A DNA stretch of 32,000 nucleotides, taken from NCBI GenBank assembly GCA_030688545.1, contig JAUYHT010000006.1:270001-302000 (forward strand), given 5' to 3'. The position numbers and the translations under genes were made by a program. Positions 31,991 through 32,000 of this stretch are shown here, in pieces. A model generated the notes under the pieces. The model saw nothing but the letters and a program-made list of their open reading frames with translations. It was not told the origin of the DNA and searched no databases. Numbering within the stretch: position 1 is the stretch's first letter; each line of letters opens with the position of its first letter. The DNA comes from Candidatus Iainarchaeum sp. (GTDB lineage: Archaea > Iainarchaeota > Iainarchaeia > Iainarchaeales > VGJJ01).

Positions 31991-32000
31991 TCAGCGTTTG
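31991..32000 (-). CDS. Last codons of an upstream gene, probably ribosomal protein uS9 (partial)
   Basis: Only ...K-R-stop is visible. uS9 characteristically ends in KR and precedes rpoN in archaeal operons. This is an inference from context only. Confidence 0.3.

Overview
This is a gene-dense archaeal chromosomal segment, mostly transcribed on the minus strand. The archaeal assignment rests on a family-B DNA polymerase, RNA polymerase subunit Rpo10/RpoN directly upstream of archaeal-type ribosomal protein uS2 (with the last codons of a probable uS9 at the window edge), a type-2-like methionine aminopeptidase, HisRS, and five intron-less tRNA genes without encoded CCA (Glu-CUC, Met/Ile2-CAU, Thr-GGU, His-GUG, Arg-GCG). 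A/T-rich TATA-like boxes sit about 20-35 nt upstream of many starts, and GGAGG-type Shine-Dalgarno motifs precede others. Between the housekeeping genes lie redox, stress and accessory genes: family-4 UDG, TspO, a pyridine-nucleotide disulfide oxidoreductase, a lipobox amidohydrolase, cyclophilin, an FMN-reductase-like protein, three PhnB/VOC-type domains, a lipobox multicopper oxidase, a 2H phosphoesterase, a SAM methyltransferase, a divergent RpiA-like protein, PEBP, two Yip1-like membrane proteins and a short polyprenyl synthase. Five things deserve a second look. (1) A tandem array of three paralogous small secreted six-cysteine proteins has a 99-nt perfectly conserved 5' end, diverged mature domains and an orphan C-terminal cassette. 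(2) A HerA/DUF87-like protein whose Walker motifs look eroded is divergently paired with a coiled-coil protein and bracketed by arrays of a T-tract palindromic repeat. It is flanked by PolB (itself divergently paired with a second coiled-coil protein) and by an operon of three tiny membrane proteins, one ending in a (GGGM)n tail. (3) Two SD-preceded micro-ORFs (21 and 31 aa) encode Lys-rich and Arg/Ser/Pro-rich peptides with S/T-P-x-K/R motifs. (4) A ~30-nt palindromic T-tract element occurs in at least five copies, always just 3' of a stop codon. (5) Strongly AT-shifted one- or two-gene islets sit next to tRNA genes, one with an att-like partial repeat of the tRNA 3' end. All functional calls are by-eye motif recognition on the supplied translations. 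No similarity search, HMM, tRNA scan or folding program could be run.
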